Positions 12,979 to 26,129 of a DNA stretch of 64,000 nt are shown one piece after another. Source of the DNA: Macrostomum lignano (Eukaryota). The position numbers were made by a program, and so were the translations under genes. Each line of letters opens with the position of its first letter. Position 1 is the first letter of the stretch. The stretch lies in the NCBI GenBank assembly GCA_002269645.1, contig NIVC01002577.1, positions 1 through 64,000 on the forward strand. The letters are read 5' to 3'. The notes beneath the pieces are model-generated. The model did not search any database. It was given only the letters and a program-made list of their open reading frames with translations, and had not been told where the DNA came from.

Positions 12979-13263
12979 CAGGGGTTGGCACACTCCGGCC
13001 CGCGGGCCACATGCTCTCTAGCCGGCCCTCGGATCCTTTGAAACTTCCCATAGCAATCCGGCCCGCTCAAGGTTTGCGTCTCTTCTCAGCTCTCTTCTCA
13101 GCTCTCTTCTCAGCTCTCTTCTCAGCTCTCTTCTCAGCTCTCTTCTCAGCTCTCTTCTCAGCTCTCTTCTCAGCTCTCTTCTCAGCTCTCTTCTCAGCTC
13201 TCTTCTCATTCGCTAGGTTCTTTACCTGCTCCAAAAATTAAAGAATAAACTTGCCGATCCCTG
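12979..13263. mobile_element. hAT-type MITE with an internal 12-bp minisatellite
   Basis: Ends CAGGGGTTGGCA and TGCCGATCCCTG (imperfect TIR) with the GGCCCGCGGGCC subterminal motif typical of hAT MITEs. Related sequence at 39697-39803. No clear 8-bp TSD. Confidence 0.55.
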
Positions 13264-15334
13264 AGCCAAACGCACAAGAGCCTAGATCGCATCAAACGGC
13301 TGTCTCACTACTGTTAAATTGAATTCTCATAGCCATTTAGTGTCACTCATTGACCGCTATTATTGAGGAGTGGATTAATTAGCAAGCAGTACAACAGTGA
13401 TTAACCTAACTAGCAAATCAATTAACCAAAAAATCAAATTTTCTGACCTGTCAATCAAAATTAAGTCGAATCCATAGCGACCCCTATTTAGCTGGGGGAT
13501 GAAAATCATTACCAGCAACAATAGCCGGGCTGCAATTAGCTCTTTTCCAGGAAAGTCAAAGACAATTAGTCCAGAATGGTCGGTCGCTACACTTTTCTTC
13601 GCGATAAACAGCAGCCTTGAGAGCCGTTGTCTGACCTGTCAAGAAAGTTTTTGGCAAATCTCCGGTTCTAATGACCCGGCGGTGCTGCTCCCCTGTCTGC
13701 TGCATTTTGTTGCGCACTTTAGAGAAAAATGGCAAAAGAAGACAGCAGCAGAAAACAGCCGACTGGACACCGAAAGAGGAATTGTTTCCTATGAAATTCC
13801 ACACTCAACTCTGTAAGGGTCCTAATCAGGCAAGAGTTTCGGGTATACAAAATTTTTCTCTGGCCCCAAGAGAAGCACTTTGGCCTCGCCTGTTGGTGGC
13901 TGCATTGGTGCACTAGAAACTCGAATCTCTGGCCCCTCCATCGCCTTCTGTTTAGGATTAGGAGGACCATGGATTCCTTGGCCCACTGTGTGTGAGGTGG
14001 GGGGGGGTGCTGATGGGGTAAACGGAAAACAGCGCATCCGCAAAAATCTTGGCTTGGCCAACACGACCCCAGTCCCAACCCACCGACCCGCTCTCTGATA
14101 ACCTCCTGTCAATCAGCATCACCTGTCAAAGCTGCGCTTCTGGGCACGGGAGGGTTGCATGTCGAGGACTAGTATAAGGGCTATGTTTGGGAGAATTTTC
14201 CCCCGCTATCGTGTCAGTGGCAGCGGGTGCAGAGTGAGAGATGCTTTCAGTCTTGGCTCCCTGTTCCCGGCAGTGCAGCGTGCTTGTGATTGATGGATTG
14301 GCCTAAGCATCTCCTGCTGATGGGTTGCATCACTCAGCTGAATAGGGGAGCGGCCTCAGCATCTCAGGGAGCCCCCGGTTCCACTGCAGCGATTCTCCAC
14401 TTAACTCACTGGCTTGGCTGCTTCATGGCCCACCACTTTACTAAACTGACCTGGTGACAAGGACACTTTCAACTAGAATATGGAGTGGAAACTCTTTGCC
14501 AAATAGCTGATGTTCAGTTATTAAATGTATCTGTCTATGACAGTGCAGGTCTTTAAACATTTGCACCTCAAAGACTAGACGGACAATTCACCGTATGGCT
14601 GCGGGCCGGAGGAGGGGAGAGAGGAGAGGGAATAAAGAAGAGAGAAGAGAGATTGGAGATAGAAGATACGAGGGAATAAAGGAGAAGAGAGGAGACGAAA
14701 GGAAAGGAAAGATGAAAAGGGAGTGGAGAGAGGAGAGGAGGGAGATGCGAGAGAAGAGAGGAGAGAAGGGAGAGGAGAAGGGAGAGAATAGAGAGGAGAG
14801 AGGAGAGAAGAGAGAGGAGAGGAGAGAAATGAGAAATAGATGATTTTTTTGCGTTCTCAACTTAATATTGCTTAAGTGGGGGCCGAAGTCTGACTTGTGG
14901 GGGAGGAGTTTCTATTCCAGTTGCTGATTCAAGGAGTCCTTGACCGGGGCTGGCATCTCGCAGGCCGTTAAATCTCCCGCACGTCAGATTGGAGGCGGCA
15001 GGCTGGGCGCAGCTTGATGGATGAGATTGAAGTTCTCGGGCGCCCCGAAGCGCGCAAAATCGTGAATCTGGAGAGGGACTTGAAAGATAGAGTGAGAGAG
15101 GGGATTATCCTGTCATAAACTCCTCATCCCATCAATCAGGATTTCTATCTCGTCTACACTTGCGCCATTTCAATTTACGAGTCGATGTTAATTCAAAGTC
15201 CTGAGCTCGAATCCAAGGGAGAAAGAAGTTTTGGAAGCATCGCTCATCATTTTCGAAGGGGATAATACGCTCCTCTATCAGACATTTTGGAGAAAATGGG
15301 GTTGGGGAAAAAGTTTTTGGGGAAAAAATTTAGT

Positions 15335-15730
15335 GGTTGTAGAACTCAGGGGTGTAGAACTCAGGGGTGTAGAACTCAGGGGTGTAGAACTCAGGGGTGT
15401 AGAACTCAGGGGTTTAGAACTCAGGGGTGTAGAACTCAGGGGTGTAGAACTCAGGGGTGTAGAACTCAGGGGTTTAGAACTCAGGGGTTTAGAACTCAGG
15501 GGTGTAGAACTCAGGGGTGTAGAACTCAGGGGTGTAGAACTCAGGGGTGTAGAACTCAGGGTTGTAGAACTCAGGGGTTTAGAACTCAGGGTTGTAGAAC
15601 TCAGGGGTTTAGAACTCAGGGGTGTAGAACTCAGGGGTTTAGAACTCAGGGTTGTAGAACTCAGGGGTGTAGAACTCAGGGGTTTAGAACTCAGGGGTGT
15701 AGAACTCAGGGGTTGTAAAATTCAGGGGCT
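15335..15730. repeat. 15-bp minisatellite (GGGGTGTAGAACTCA)n
   Basis: Direct reading. Confidence 0.95.
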
Positions 15731-16120
15731 GTAATAGAATTCTTAAATTGTGAAGTCTTATTCAACATTTTAAAAAATTGATTCATTTTATTCGTTTAAT
15801 TTTCTAAATTCACTACTGACTTCAATTAGTAAGTAGCACTTAATAGAATGGGGCACAATTAGTTACATTTTGAAAAAATCTGTCGCAAAAATTTACGAAT
15901 TTGTGAACAGAGTTGCCGGAACACCTCAAGGTATTAAACAGAATGAGTGCAAACACAAACCCTTAGCTGCCTCAAACACAAAAACTGATTCAACAAGAGT
16001 TCGGTTATTTCCTATTTACTTTCTGAGCGGCTGTCTCCGGCTGACATATAAGACTGGCTGGTCCCGTCAGACCAAATCCGCTTGCAACTCCTTCACTGTC
16101 AGAGATACATGTAGAGCGAA

Positions 16121-19100
16121 ATGTTCAGTCTTTCGAACTGCCGTTTTGTGAAGCTTTTGCTGGCTGTCTTGGTAACAGGCTGGAGCAGTGAAACCGCCTT
16201 GGTTCGGGGCGATGAGGTAAGTGCATTGTTTCCATATGCAAAATAACCTATCCCACACAACCTATCCCACACAACCTATCCCACACAACCTATCCCACAC
16301 AACCTATCCCACACAACCTATCCCACACAACCTATCCCACACAACCTATCCCACACAACCTATCCCACACAACCTATCCCACACAACCTATCCCACACAA
16401 CCTATCCCACACAACCTATCCCACACAACCTATCCCACACAACCTATCCCACACAACCTATCCCACACAACCTATCCCACACAACCTATCCCACACAACC
16501 TATCCCACACAACCTATCCCACACAACCTATCCCACACAACCTATCCCACACAACCTATCCCACACAACCTATCCCACACAACCTATCCCACACAACCTA
16601 TCCCACACAACCTATCCCACACAACCTATCCCACACAACCTATCCCACACAACCTATCCCACACAACCTATCCCACACAACCTATCCCACACAACCTATC
16701 CCACACAACCTATCCCACACAACCTATCCCACACTCACTATCCCACACCCACTATCCCACACCCAATATCCCACACCCAATATCCCAAACCCAATATCCC
16801 ACACCCAATATCCCACACCCAATATCCCACACCCAATATCCCAAACCCATCGTTTCCAGCATATTTGGGTGGCACAAATAGACGGAGGCAGCCCAGTGGC
16901 TCAGTGGGTGGCGGACTCGCTCGGTTTAATTAACGAAGGAAAGGTGAGTCATTGATAACAAATCTGAGACACCTGACCGATAGAAAAATCTAATCGTTTA
17001 TCGAGTTCTCCTACCCACTTAAATGCAATTATGCAGATCCCCTACCTGAGGAACAAATTTATTTTCCGCTTGTCCGAGTCCGGCAACCAAAGCGTTGGGA
17101 GAAATTTCCTGCTGGCTCCGCTGCAGCTCAGGATTAACCGCAGCCTGCACACGCATCCGGATGTTGCTTGGGTCTCCTACCAGTCTGCTACTAAAAGGAC
17201 TAAGAGAGACTTGCTGAAGCTGAGCGAGGTGAGGTCAGCTGATATGAGATGAGGGAAATCCGAAAAGTTCTGAAACCCACACGCAGGACCTTTAAAAATG
17301 CAGCAATTTAATCATGTTTTGATAATCATAACACCTTTTCGAGATGCCATTTCAATGACGCCATTCCAATAACACCATTTTAATGACTACATTCCAATGA
17401 CCCCATTCCAATGACCACATTTCCATGACCCCATTTCAATGACCCCATTCCAATGACGACATTTCTATGACCCCATTTCAATGACCCCATTCCAATGACC
17501 ACATTTCTATGACCCCATTTGAATGACCCCCTTCCAATGACCACATTTCTATGACCCCATTTGAATGACCCCATTCCAATGACCACATTTCTATGACCCC
17601 ATTTGAATGACCCCCTTCCAATGACCACATTTCTATGACCCCATTTGAATGACCCCATTCCAATGATCCCATTCCAATGATCCCATTCCAATGACCCCAT
17701 TCCAATAACCCCATTTTTATGACCCCATTCCAATGACGACATTTCTATGACCCCATTCCAATGACCACATTTCCATGACCCCATTTCAATGACCCCATTC
17801 CAATGACGACATTTCTATGACCCCATTTCAATGACCCCATTCCAATGACCACATTTCTATGACCCCATTTGAATGACCCCCTTCCAATGACCACATTTCT
17901 ATGACCCCATTTGAATGACCCCATTCCAATGACCACATTTCTATGACCCCATTTGAATGACCCCCTTCCAATGACCACATTTCTATGACCCCATTTGAAT
18001 GACCCCATTCCAATGATCCCATTCCAATGATCCCATTCCAATGACCCCATTCCAATGACCCCATTCCAACGACCCCATTCCAATGATCCCATTCCAATGA
18101 TCCCATTCCAATGATCCCATTCCAATGACCCCATTCCAATGACCCCATTCCAATGACCCCATTCCAATGACCCCATTCCAATGATCCCATTCCAATGACC
18201 CCATTCCAATCGACCCCAAAATCAATCGGTAGAGAAAGCGCCTCTCCCGGTATCCTGATCCTCCTATCCCAATCCGCCGCCAGATCCCAGGCCGGGACCA
18301 GAGCCCGCCAGACTGGCAATACCCCGGCGTCCGAACCGGTTCAAGCCGGTTCTCCTCGGCTCGATTCTCAACCGGCCAGAACCGGCCAGAGTCGCCGGAT
18401 GGCGAGCCGTTTATCGACCCGTTCTGGCCGCGGCAGTGGTACCTGCACGACGCCAGGAGCAGCAGGCGGGAGCCCCGCCTCGACCTCATGGGCGTGGCTA
18501 CCGTCTGGTCGTGGAATTTCACCGGCCAAGGCGTCACGGTCGCCGTGATTGACGACGGAGTTGAGAGCGATCACCCCGACCTGGTGCGCGCCTTTGATCC
18601 TGAGATCAGCTACGATTATGCGAGAGGCATCAGAGAGCCCAGGCCGGTGTACTTTAACTACAGAGAGCAGCTGTGAGTGCCCCGAGAATAATTGCCACCC
18701 TGGCGCAACGCCTTCGGTGACCTCATCCTGCAACCAACGCTGAGGCATTGTTGCCCATTCCGCAGACTCCCCTGAGCAGGCATACAAGCGCGTGGATACG
18801 TACGCAGTCACACGCACAGGCACACACTCACACAGGAGTGTACAGCGGTCCTAACTTTATTTATCGTTAGGCATGTACACTTCACTGTGCCTTGGGGGTT
18901 GGCCTTGATGGCTGTGAATGGCACTGAGCTGCTGTGCCCTCCAGCAATAATTTAGTACATCCCAGAATCATGTACTCCCTAGAATGCACTTCTAGCAGTC
19001 ACTATCTTTTACCCGCAGAGAGGACGGCAGAACCGGGACCTGGTGAGTGACAGGTGCAATGAGGTTTTATAGACTAATTCATGAAATAAACTTACAACAT

Positions 19101-22100
19101 AGCGGGGCTCCAACATTAAATATATGATGCCATAGCAACCACCGCACATACACTAACAGTCCCATAGCAACCACTGCATATACATAGCAATTACGACACA
19201 CACACAGCAGCGATACCATAGCAACCACAGTGCATAATAGACTTAAGAACGCCATCAACAACCTGCAGGCACGGCACCCGCTGCTCCGGCGTCATAGCCA
19301 TGACGGCCAACAACTCCTTCTGCGGGGTCGGCATCGCCTTCAATGCCCGCATCAGCGGGGTGAAAATTCTCGAGAACGACGCCAGCGACCTGCGCGAGGC
19401 GCGGGGCCTCACCCACGCGCTGCCAAGAGTGCACGTGTACTCGTCCAGCTGGGGACCCAGCGACGACGGCGCCACCATGGAAGCGCCGGGCGATCTGGCG
19501 CGGGAGGCGCTGAAAATTGGCGCCGAACAGGGGCGCGGAGGCCTCGGCGCCATCTACGTGTGGGCGTCGGGCAACGGCGGCGGCAACGGCGACAACTGCA
19601 ACTGCGACGGCTACTCGGCCTCGATGTACACCCTGACGGTCAGCAGCGTCAGTCAGAGCCTGGAGTCGCCCTGGTACGCCGAGGACTGCTCGGCGTCGAT
19701 GACGGCGGCCTACTCGAGCGGCGAGGACGGCCAGCAGCAGGTGGTCACCACCGACCTGCGGCACCAGTGCGCAGCCGACTTCAGCGGCACCTCGGCTGCG
19801 GCACCGATGGTGTCAGCCATGGCCGCGCTGGCGCTCGAGGCCAAGTGAGGCTAGAGGCAGGGGGTACCCAAACCCATCCCATACCAAAACCTATCCAATA
19901 CCCAAACCCAACCCATACCAAACCCATCCCATACCCAAACCCATCCCACACTGAAAACCCATCCCACACTGAAAACCCATCCCATACCCAAACCCATCCC
20001 ATACCCAAACGCATCCCATACCCAAACCCATACCATACCCAAACCCATCCCATACCCAAACCCATCCCATACCCAAACCCATACCATACCCAAACGCATC
20101 CCATACCCAAACCCATACCATACCCAAACCCATCCCATACCCAAACCCATCCCATACCCAAACCCATACCATACCCAAACCCATACCATACCCAAACGCA
20201 TCCCATACCCAAACCCATACCATACCCAAACCCATCCCATACCCAAACCCATCCCATACCCAAACCCATACCATACCCAAACCCATACCATACCCAAACC
20301 CAACCCATACCAAACCCATCCCATACCCAAACCCATCCGACACTGAAAACCCATCCCACACTGAAAACCCATCACACACTGAAAACCCATCCCACACTGA
20401 AAACCCATCACACACTGAAAACCCATCCCACACTGAAAACCCATCACACACTGAAAACCCATCCCACACTGAAAACCCATCACACACTGAAAACCCATCC
20501 CACACTGAAAACCCATCCCACACTTATAATCCATCCCAAAGGGATAACCCATCACACACTGAAAACCCATCCCACACTGAAAACCTATCCCACACTGAAA
20601 ACCCATCCCACACTGAAAACCCATCCCACACTGAAAACCCATCCCACACTGAAAACCCATCACACACTGAAAACCCATCCCACACTGAAAACCCATCCCA
20701 CACTGATAATCCATCCCAAAGGGATAACCCATCCCACATGATCCCCAATTCTCCCACCGTCAAGTCCGAATTTGACCTGGCGCGATTTTCAACACGCCGT
20801 CGTGTGGACGTCGCAGTCGGCACCTCTTCGCCGACGCAGCGTCGCCGGCTGGCGTCGGAACGCAGCCGGGCACCGCTATCATCACCGGTTCGGCTTCGGG
20901 ATATTCAACGTGGCGGCGGTGATCCGGCTGACCGAACCGGCGGCTTGGCGCCGGGTGCCCGACGCTTCCACCGTGGAACTGGACGACTGGAACTGTGGCG
21001 GAGGATGGTGAGAGCGGCATTCTGATTGTAGCCCACGGTCCCATAGCAACCGTAACAAGGCAGTGTTCCATAGCAATCATATACATGATGCCATAGCAAC
21101 CACGGCAACGATAGAAACTATAGCAATCCAGTGGTTTCCATAGCAACAAAGACACCATCCAACCAACGATCCCATAGCAACAATCACAAAAAGCGATGCC
21201 ATAGCAACCATCACAAAAAGCGATGCCATAGCAACCATCACACCAACGATCCCATAGCAACCATCACAAAAAGCGATGCCATAGCAACCATCAAAAAAAC
21301 GATCCCATAGCAACCATCACAAAAAGCGATGCCATAGCAACCATCAAAAAAACGATCCCATAGCAACCATGACAAAACCGCTCCTATAGCAACCATCATA
21401 AAAACAATCCCATAGCAAGCATCACAAAAACAATCCCATAGCAACCAACACAAAAACGATCCTGTAACAAGCTCTTAGCATCTGCAAGGGATACATGAAT
21501 TTATACTCATATGTCTCCAGGCAGATCAGCCAGTCAGAGTCGTTGCACTGCACACTGTATGTTAGCGAGAGTCAGACAGCTTCGGTGAAGTACCTGGAGC
21601 ATGTACAGCTGAGAGTCGACTTGCGCTACTCAGAGCGCGGGGCGCTGGCCATCCACCTGACATCAGGAGCCGGTGAGCATAGTAGAGTACGAGCAGCTGC
21701 ACCAGACTCCCGTCTGTCTGAGCACGGTTGTTGTGCCTGTATATTCTCCTAACCTGAGATCAAGAGCCTCAGATCCAGCCCATCACCCCTTCGCTAACCC
21801 TAGGCTTAACACGAAAATCACAAAAATGGCACGTTTATTTTATCATTCTACATGTACAGTAGAATCTTTCCAACCAAAAAGCTTTATGAATATCAATAGA
21901 GCTATAAGAGAGGCACAACATATCAAAAGATGAACACTGGGTCTGCCTGCTATCAAAAGCAATAACAATTTCTGGGCTGAAAAAATGAAAGCCTCCTATC
22001 TTTGTAATGTATTTTTTCGGTAAAACCTACCTCCTGAAATTTTCTCAGAAACGTAATCTCCTGTCCTTCTTATTGAGTAGTCCATGGTTCCTGTGCTCCC

Positions 22101-23792
22101 GTTCCCCCTCTACTCTATAGCAAAATTGCCTTCTCAAGCTGACACCTCTCATTATCAAAAAAACTTTATCTCCACCATCTAGTTCAATTCCTTCGTCCCC
22201 TGGTGAAAATAATCTCCCCCCCCACCGGTAGCGTGTGGTGATATCCTACAGTAAACTCCTGCATCCTACAGTAGAATCCTGCATCCTACAGTAAAATCCT
22301 GCATCCTACAGTAGAATCCTGCATCCTACAGTAAAATCCTGCATCCTACAGTAAACTCCTGCATCCTACATTAAAATCCTGCATCCTACAGTAGAATCCT
22401 GCATCCTACAGTAAACTCCTGCATCCTACAGTAAACTCCTGCATCCTACAGTAAACTCCTGCATCCTACAGTAAACTCCTGCATCCTACAGTAAACTCCT
22501 GCATCCTACAGTAAACTCCTGCATCCTACAGTAGAATCCTGCATCCTACAGTAAACTCCTGCATCCTACAGTAAACTCCTGCATCCTACAGTAAACTCCT
22601 GCATCCTACAGTAGAATCCTGCATCCTACAGTAGAATCCTGCATCCTACAGTAAACTCCTGCATCCTACAGTAAAATCATGCATCCTACAGTAAACTCCT
22701 GCATCCTACAGTAAACTCCTGCATCCTACAGTAAACTCCTGCATCCTACAGTAAACTCCTGCATCCTACAGTAGAATCCTGCATCCTACAGTAAACTCCT
22801 GCATCCTACAGTAAACTCCTGCATCCTACAGTAAACTCCTGCATCCTACAGTAAACTCCTGCATCCTACAGTAAAATCCTGCATCCTACAGTAAACTCCT
22901 GCATCCTACAGTAAACTCCTGCATCCTACAGTAAACTCCTGCATCCTACAGTAGAATCCTGCATCCTACAGTAAAATCCTGCATCCTACAGTAAAATCCT
23001 GCATCCTACAGTAGAATCCTGCATCCTACAGTAAACTCCTGCATCCTACAGTAGAATCCTGCATCCTACAGTAAAATCCTGCATCCTACAGTAGAATCCT
23101 GCATCCTACAGTAAAATCCTGCATCCTACAGTAAAATCCTGCATCCTACAGTAAAATCCTGCATCCTACAGTAAAATCCTGCATCCTACAGTAGAATCCT
23201 GCATCCTACAGTAAAATCCTGCATCCTACAGTAAACTCCTGCATCCTACAGTAAACTCCTGCATCCTACAGTAAACTCCTGCATCCTACAGTAGAATCCT
23301 GCATCCTACAGTAAAATCCTGCATCCTACAGTAGAATCCTGCATCCTACAGTAAACTCCTGCATCCTACAGTAAACTCCTGCATCCTACAGTAGAATCCT
23401 GCATCCTACAGTAAACTCCTGCATCCTACACCCTGCATATCAACCGTAATCCGCTCACTCGCAGGCTCGGGAAGCCAACTGTTAACGCCGCGCCGCAAAG
23501 ACAGATCCAGCGATGGCATCAGAAACTGGGAATTTCTCACCGTTCACTTTTGGGGAGAAAATCCCGCTGGGAAGTGGCGGCTAGTGATTGAAGACCAGGT
23601 AGGCATGAGACCCATCTCTCAGCAGTTCGATCCCGCAATAGCAATATCGTCATCAAATCGATTTCATTCCAGTCGTCCAGCAGGGCCGGTCGCCCGAGAT
23701 TCGGCTCCGTACAGTCGCTCAGGCTGCGGCTGCGAGGCACGGCTGCCTTGCCGCCCCATCGGGCCAGCGCTGACAGGCGGGATGGAGACTGA
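16121..23792 (+). CDS. Proprotein convertase subtilisin/kexin type (furin/PC family, S8B), soluble form, ~678 aa
   Basis: Nine phase-compatible exons: 16121-16216 (signal), 16860-16943, 17037-17228 (prodomain ending KRTKR), 18233-18672, 19269-19844, 20765-21007, 21521-21672, 23465-23598, 23673-23792. Catalytic motifs VIDDG (Asp), HGTRC (His), ASGNGG (oxyanion Asn), GTSAAAP (Ser), SWGPSDDG; P domain LEHVQL...WGENPAGKW. Confidence 0.95.
16245..16850. repeat. 14-bp minisatellite (ACCTATCCCACACA)n filling convertase intron 1
   Basis: Direct reading. Confidence 0.95.
17345..18212. repeat. ~15-bp minisatellite (ATGACCCCATTCCA)n with internal block duplication, convertase intron 3
   Basis: Direct reading; block ~17385-17690 recurs at ~17745-18050. 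Confidence 0.9.
18695..18935 (-). mobile_element. SINE family A partial copy in convertase intron 4
   Basis: Shares cgcacaggcacacactcacacagg.gtgtacagcg..cctaactttatttatcg and flanking sequence with the 46.6-kb copy, reverse orientation. Confidence 0.7.
19865..20740. repeat. Compound 12-bp and 18-bp minisatellites (CCCATACCCAAA; CACACTGAAAACCCATCC), convertase intron 5
   Basis: Direct reading. Confidence 0.9.
21035..21465. repeat. CCATAGCAACCATCA-type degenerate minisatellite in convertase intron 6; same family at 19125-19230
   Basis: Direct reading. Confidence 0.85.
22243..23430. repeat. 20-bp minisatellite (CCTGCATCCTACAGTAAACT)n, convertase intron 7
   Basis: About 59 units, varying only in one 3-nt stretch. 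Confidence 0.95.
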
Positions 23793-23839
23793 CTGACGGC
23801 CCGTGACGGCAGCTTGCTTGTCTCTCCTTTCCTCTGCTC

Positions 23840-24065
23840 TCCTGTCCTGTCCTGTCCTGTCCTGTCCTGTCCTGTCCTGTCCTGTCCTGTCCTGTCCTGT
23901 CCTGTCCTGTCCTGTCCTGTCCTGTCCTGTCCTGTCCTGTCCTGTCCTGTCCTGTCCTGTCCTGTCCTGTCCTGTCCTGTCCTGTCCTGTCCTGTCCTGT
24001 CCTGTCCTGTCCTGTCCTGTCCTGTCCTGTCCTGTCCTGTCCTGTCCTCTCCTCTCCTCTCCTCT
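23840..24065. repeat. (CCTGT)n microsatellite
   Basis: Direct reading. Confidence 0.95.
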
Positions 24066-24654
24066 CATCTCCACCCCATTCTTTTCCTCTGCTCTCCTTT
24101 GGACCGTTCTTTCCTAATATCTCTCTATAGTACACTTACCCCCTTAGCTATTCAGCTGTGAAGTCTTCAGCCTCTTAATACACATTTGGTGGTAGCCTCT
24201 CCTGCTTGCATAAAATCAAGCATTAAATACCGGAGTAATACGTTGTTCTGCAATTCTCGACTGCCTCAGGTTTATTCTAGAGGTTTACTTAGCAGCCACC
24301 CATTAGATGCTAGCCAGAGTTCATGCAGCTGTGAATGCAGAAACTGATGTGCAAATATGGGATATGCCTGCACCTCCGCTGCACTATAAGCACGCGCTTC
24401 TCTCGGCACTTAGAAGCCATCAGACACTGCACTGCAGAAATCAAGACATCGAGCTATCAACTACCGAAGCCGCAGCTAAAATAATAACATGTATCTGCTG
24501 ATAAACTTTGAAACTTTGAACTTAGAAAAATGTGTAAGAAATTTTTGTAATGACATTCTTAACAAAATTTACGGTTGCTATTGTTTCAACTAACTGAAAA
24601 TTATTGCGTGTCCTAGCAAAAGGAATCAAAAGGAAATGGCCGGAGACGCAGAGA

Positions 24655-25780
24655 ACCGAGAGTGACACAACGACAATCGAGAGTGACACAACGACAATCG
24701 AGAGGGAGGCAAATAAAATCGAGAGTGACACAAATAGAATCGCGGGTGACACAAAAAAGAATCGAGACACAAGAATTGTGACACAACGAGAATCGAGAGG
24801 GACACGGAGAGAATCGGGAGTGACACAAAGAGAATCGAAAGTGACAACGAGAATCCAGAGTGACAAAAATAGATTCGGGAGTGACACAAATAGAATCCAG
24901 AGTGATACAAATAGAATCCAGAGTGACACAACTAGAATCCAGAGTGACACAAATAGAATCCAGAGTGACAAAAATAGATTCGGGAGTGACACAAATAGAA
25001 TCCAGAGTGATACAAATAGAATCCAGAGTGACACAACTAGAATCCAGAGTGACACAAGTAGAATCCAGAGTGACAAAAATAGATTCGGGAGTGACACAAA
25101 TAGAATCAAGAGTGACACAAATAGAATCCAGAGTGACACAAATAGAATCCAGAGTGACACAAATAGAATCCAGAGTGACAAAAATAGAATCCAGAGTGAC
25201 AAAAATAGATTCGGGAGTGACACAAATAGAATCCAGAGTGATACAAATAGAATCCAGAGTGACACAACTAGAATCCAGAGTGACACAAATAGAATCCAGA
25301 GTGACAAAAATAGATTCGGGAGTGACACAAATAGAATCCAGAGTGATACAAATAGAATCCAGAGTGACACAACTAGAATCCAGAGTGACACAAGTAGAAT
25401 CCAGAGTGACAAAAATAGATTCGGGAGTGACACAAATAGAATCAAGAGTGACACAAATAGAATCCAGAGTGATACAAATAGAATCCAGAGTGATACAAAT
25501 AGAATCCAGAGTGATACAAATAGAATCCAGAGTGATACAAATAGAATCCAGAGTGATAAAAATAGAATCCAGAGTGATACAAATAGAATCCAGAGTGATA
25601 CAAATAGAATCCAGAGTGATACAAATAGAATCCAGAGTGATACAAATAGAATCCAGAGTGATACAAATAGAATCCAAAGTGACACAAAGAGAATTGGGAA
25701 TGACACAAAGAGAATTGGGAGTGACACAAAGAGAATCGGGAGTGACACAAAGAGAATTGGGAGTGACACAGAGAGAATCA
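24655..25780. repeat. 21-bp minisatellite (AGTGACACAAATAGAATCCAG)n with higher-order blocks
   Basis: Direct reading; open in 5 of 6 frames. Confidence 0.95.
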
Positions 25781-26129
25781 AAAGTGGCGCATTCAAACTA
25801 TCAGAGATTGAAGCGAGTGGCTAAGAGAGCAATTGCTGCCCAGAAATTGCAATCAGATAGACTCAGCTGTCACAAACAGCGCCCAAATAATCTCCCTTCT
25901 TGTCCTCACGCCATCCTCCCTCTTTGCCTCAGCACGAGCTCCACAGTTTGTTCCAACGGACGCCGGAACTTCTGCACTTAGATGGCCATTTCCTTTCCCT
26001 TTGTGTTCTCAGGCTCAGGAACAGCTTAGCAACTCCAATATAAGCATCGGGTTATGGCACTCGTATTGCCCTTTCCCGCTGTAAAAAAGCAGCAAGCAAT
26101 AAATATACAATGAACAGGATGGATGCAGC

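Noticed and set aside
13700-14450. Possible RNase-H-type LINE remnant (similar hints at 7700-8340)
   Set aside because: Only vague peptide resemblance (EGPE.., LIRTLTE); no diagnostic motif I can support without a profile search.
14880-15070. GC-rich block with an open minus-strand frame between Wnt and convertase
   Set aside because: No family similarity and no clear donor; cannot be assigned to either gene.
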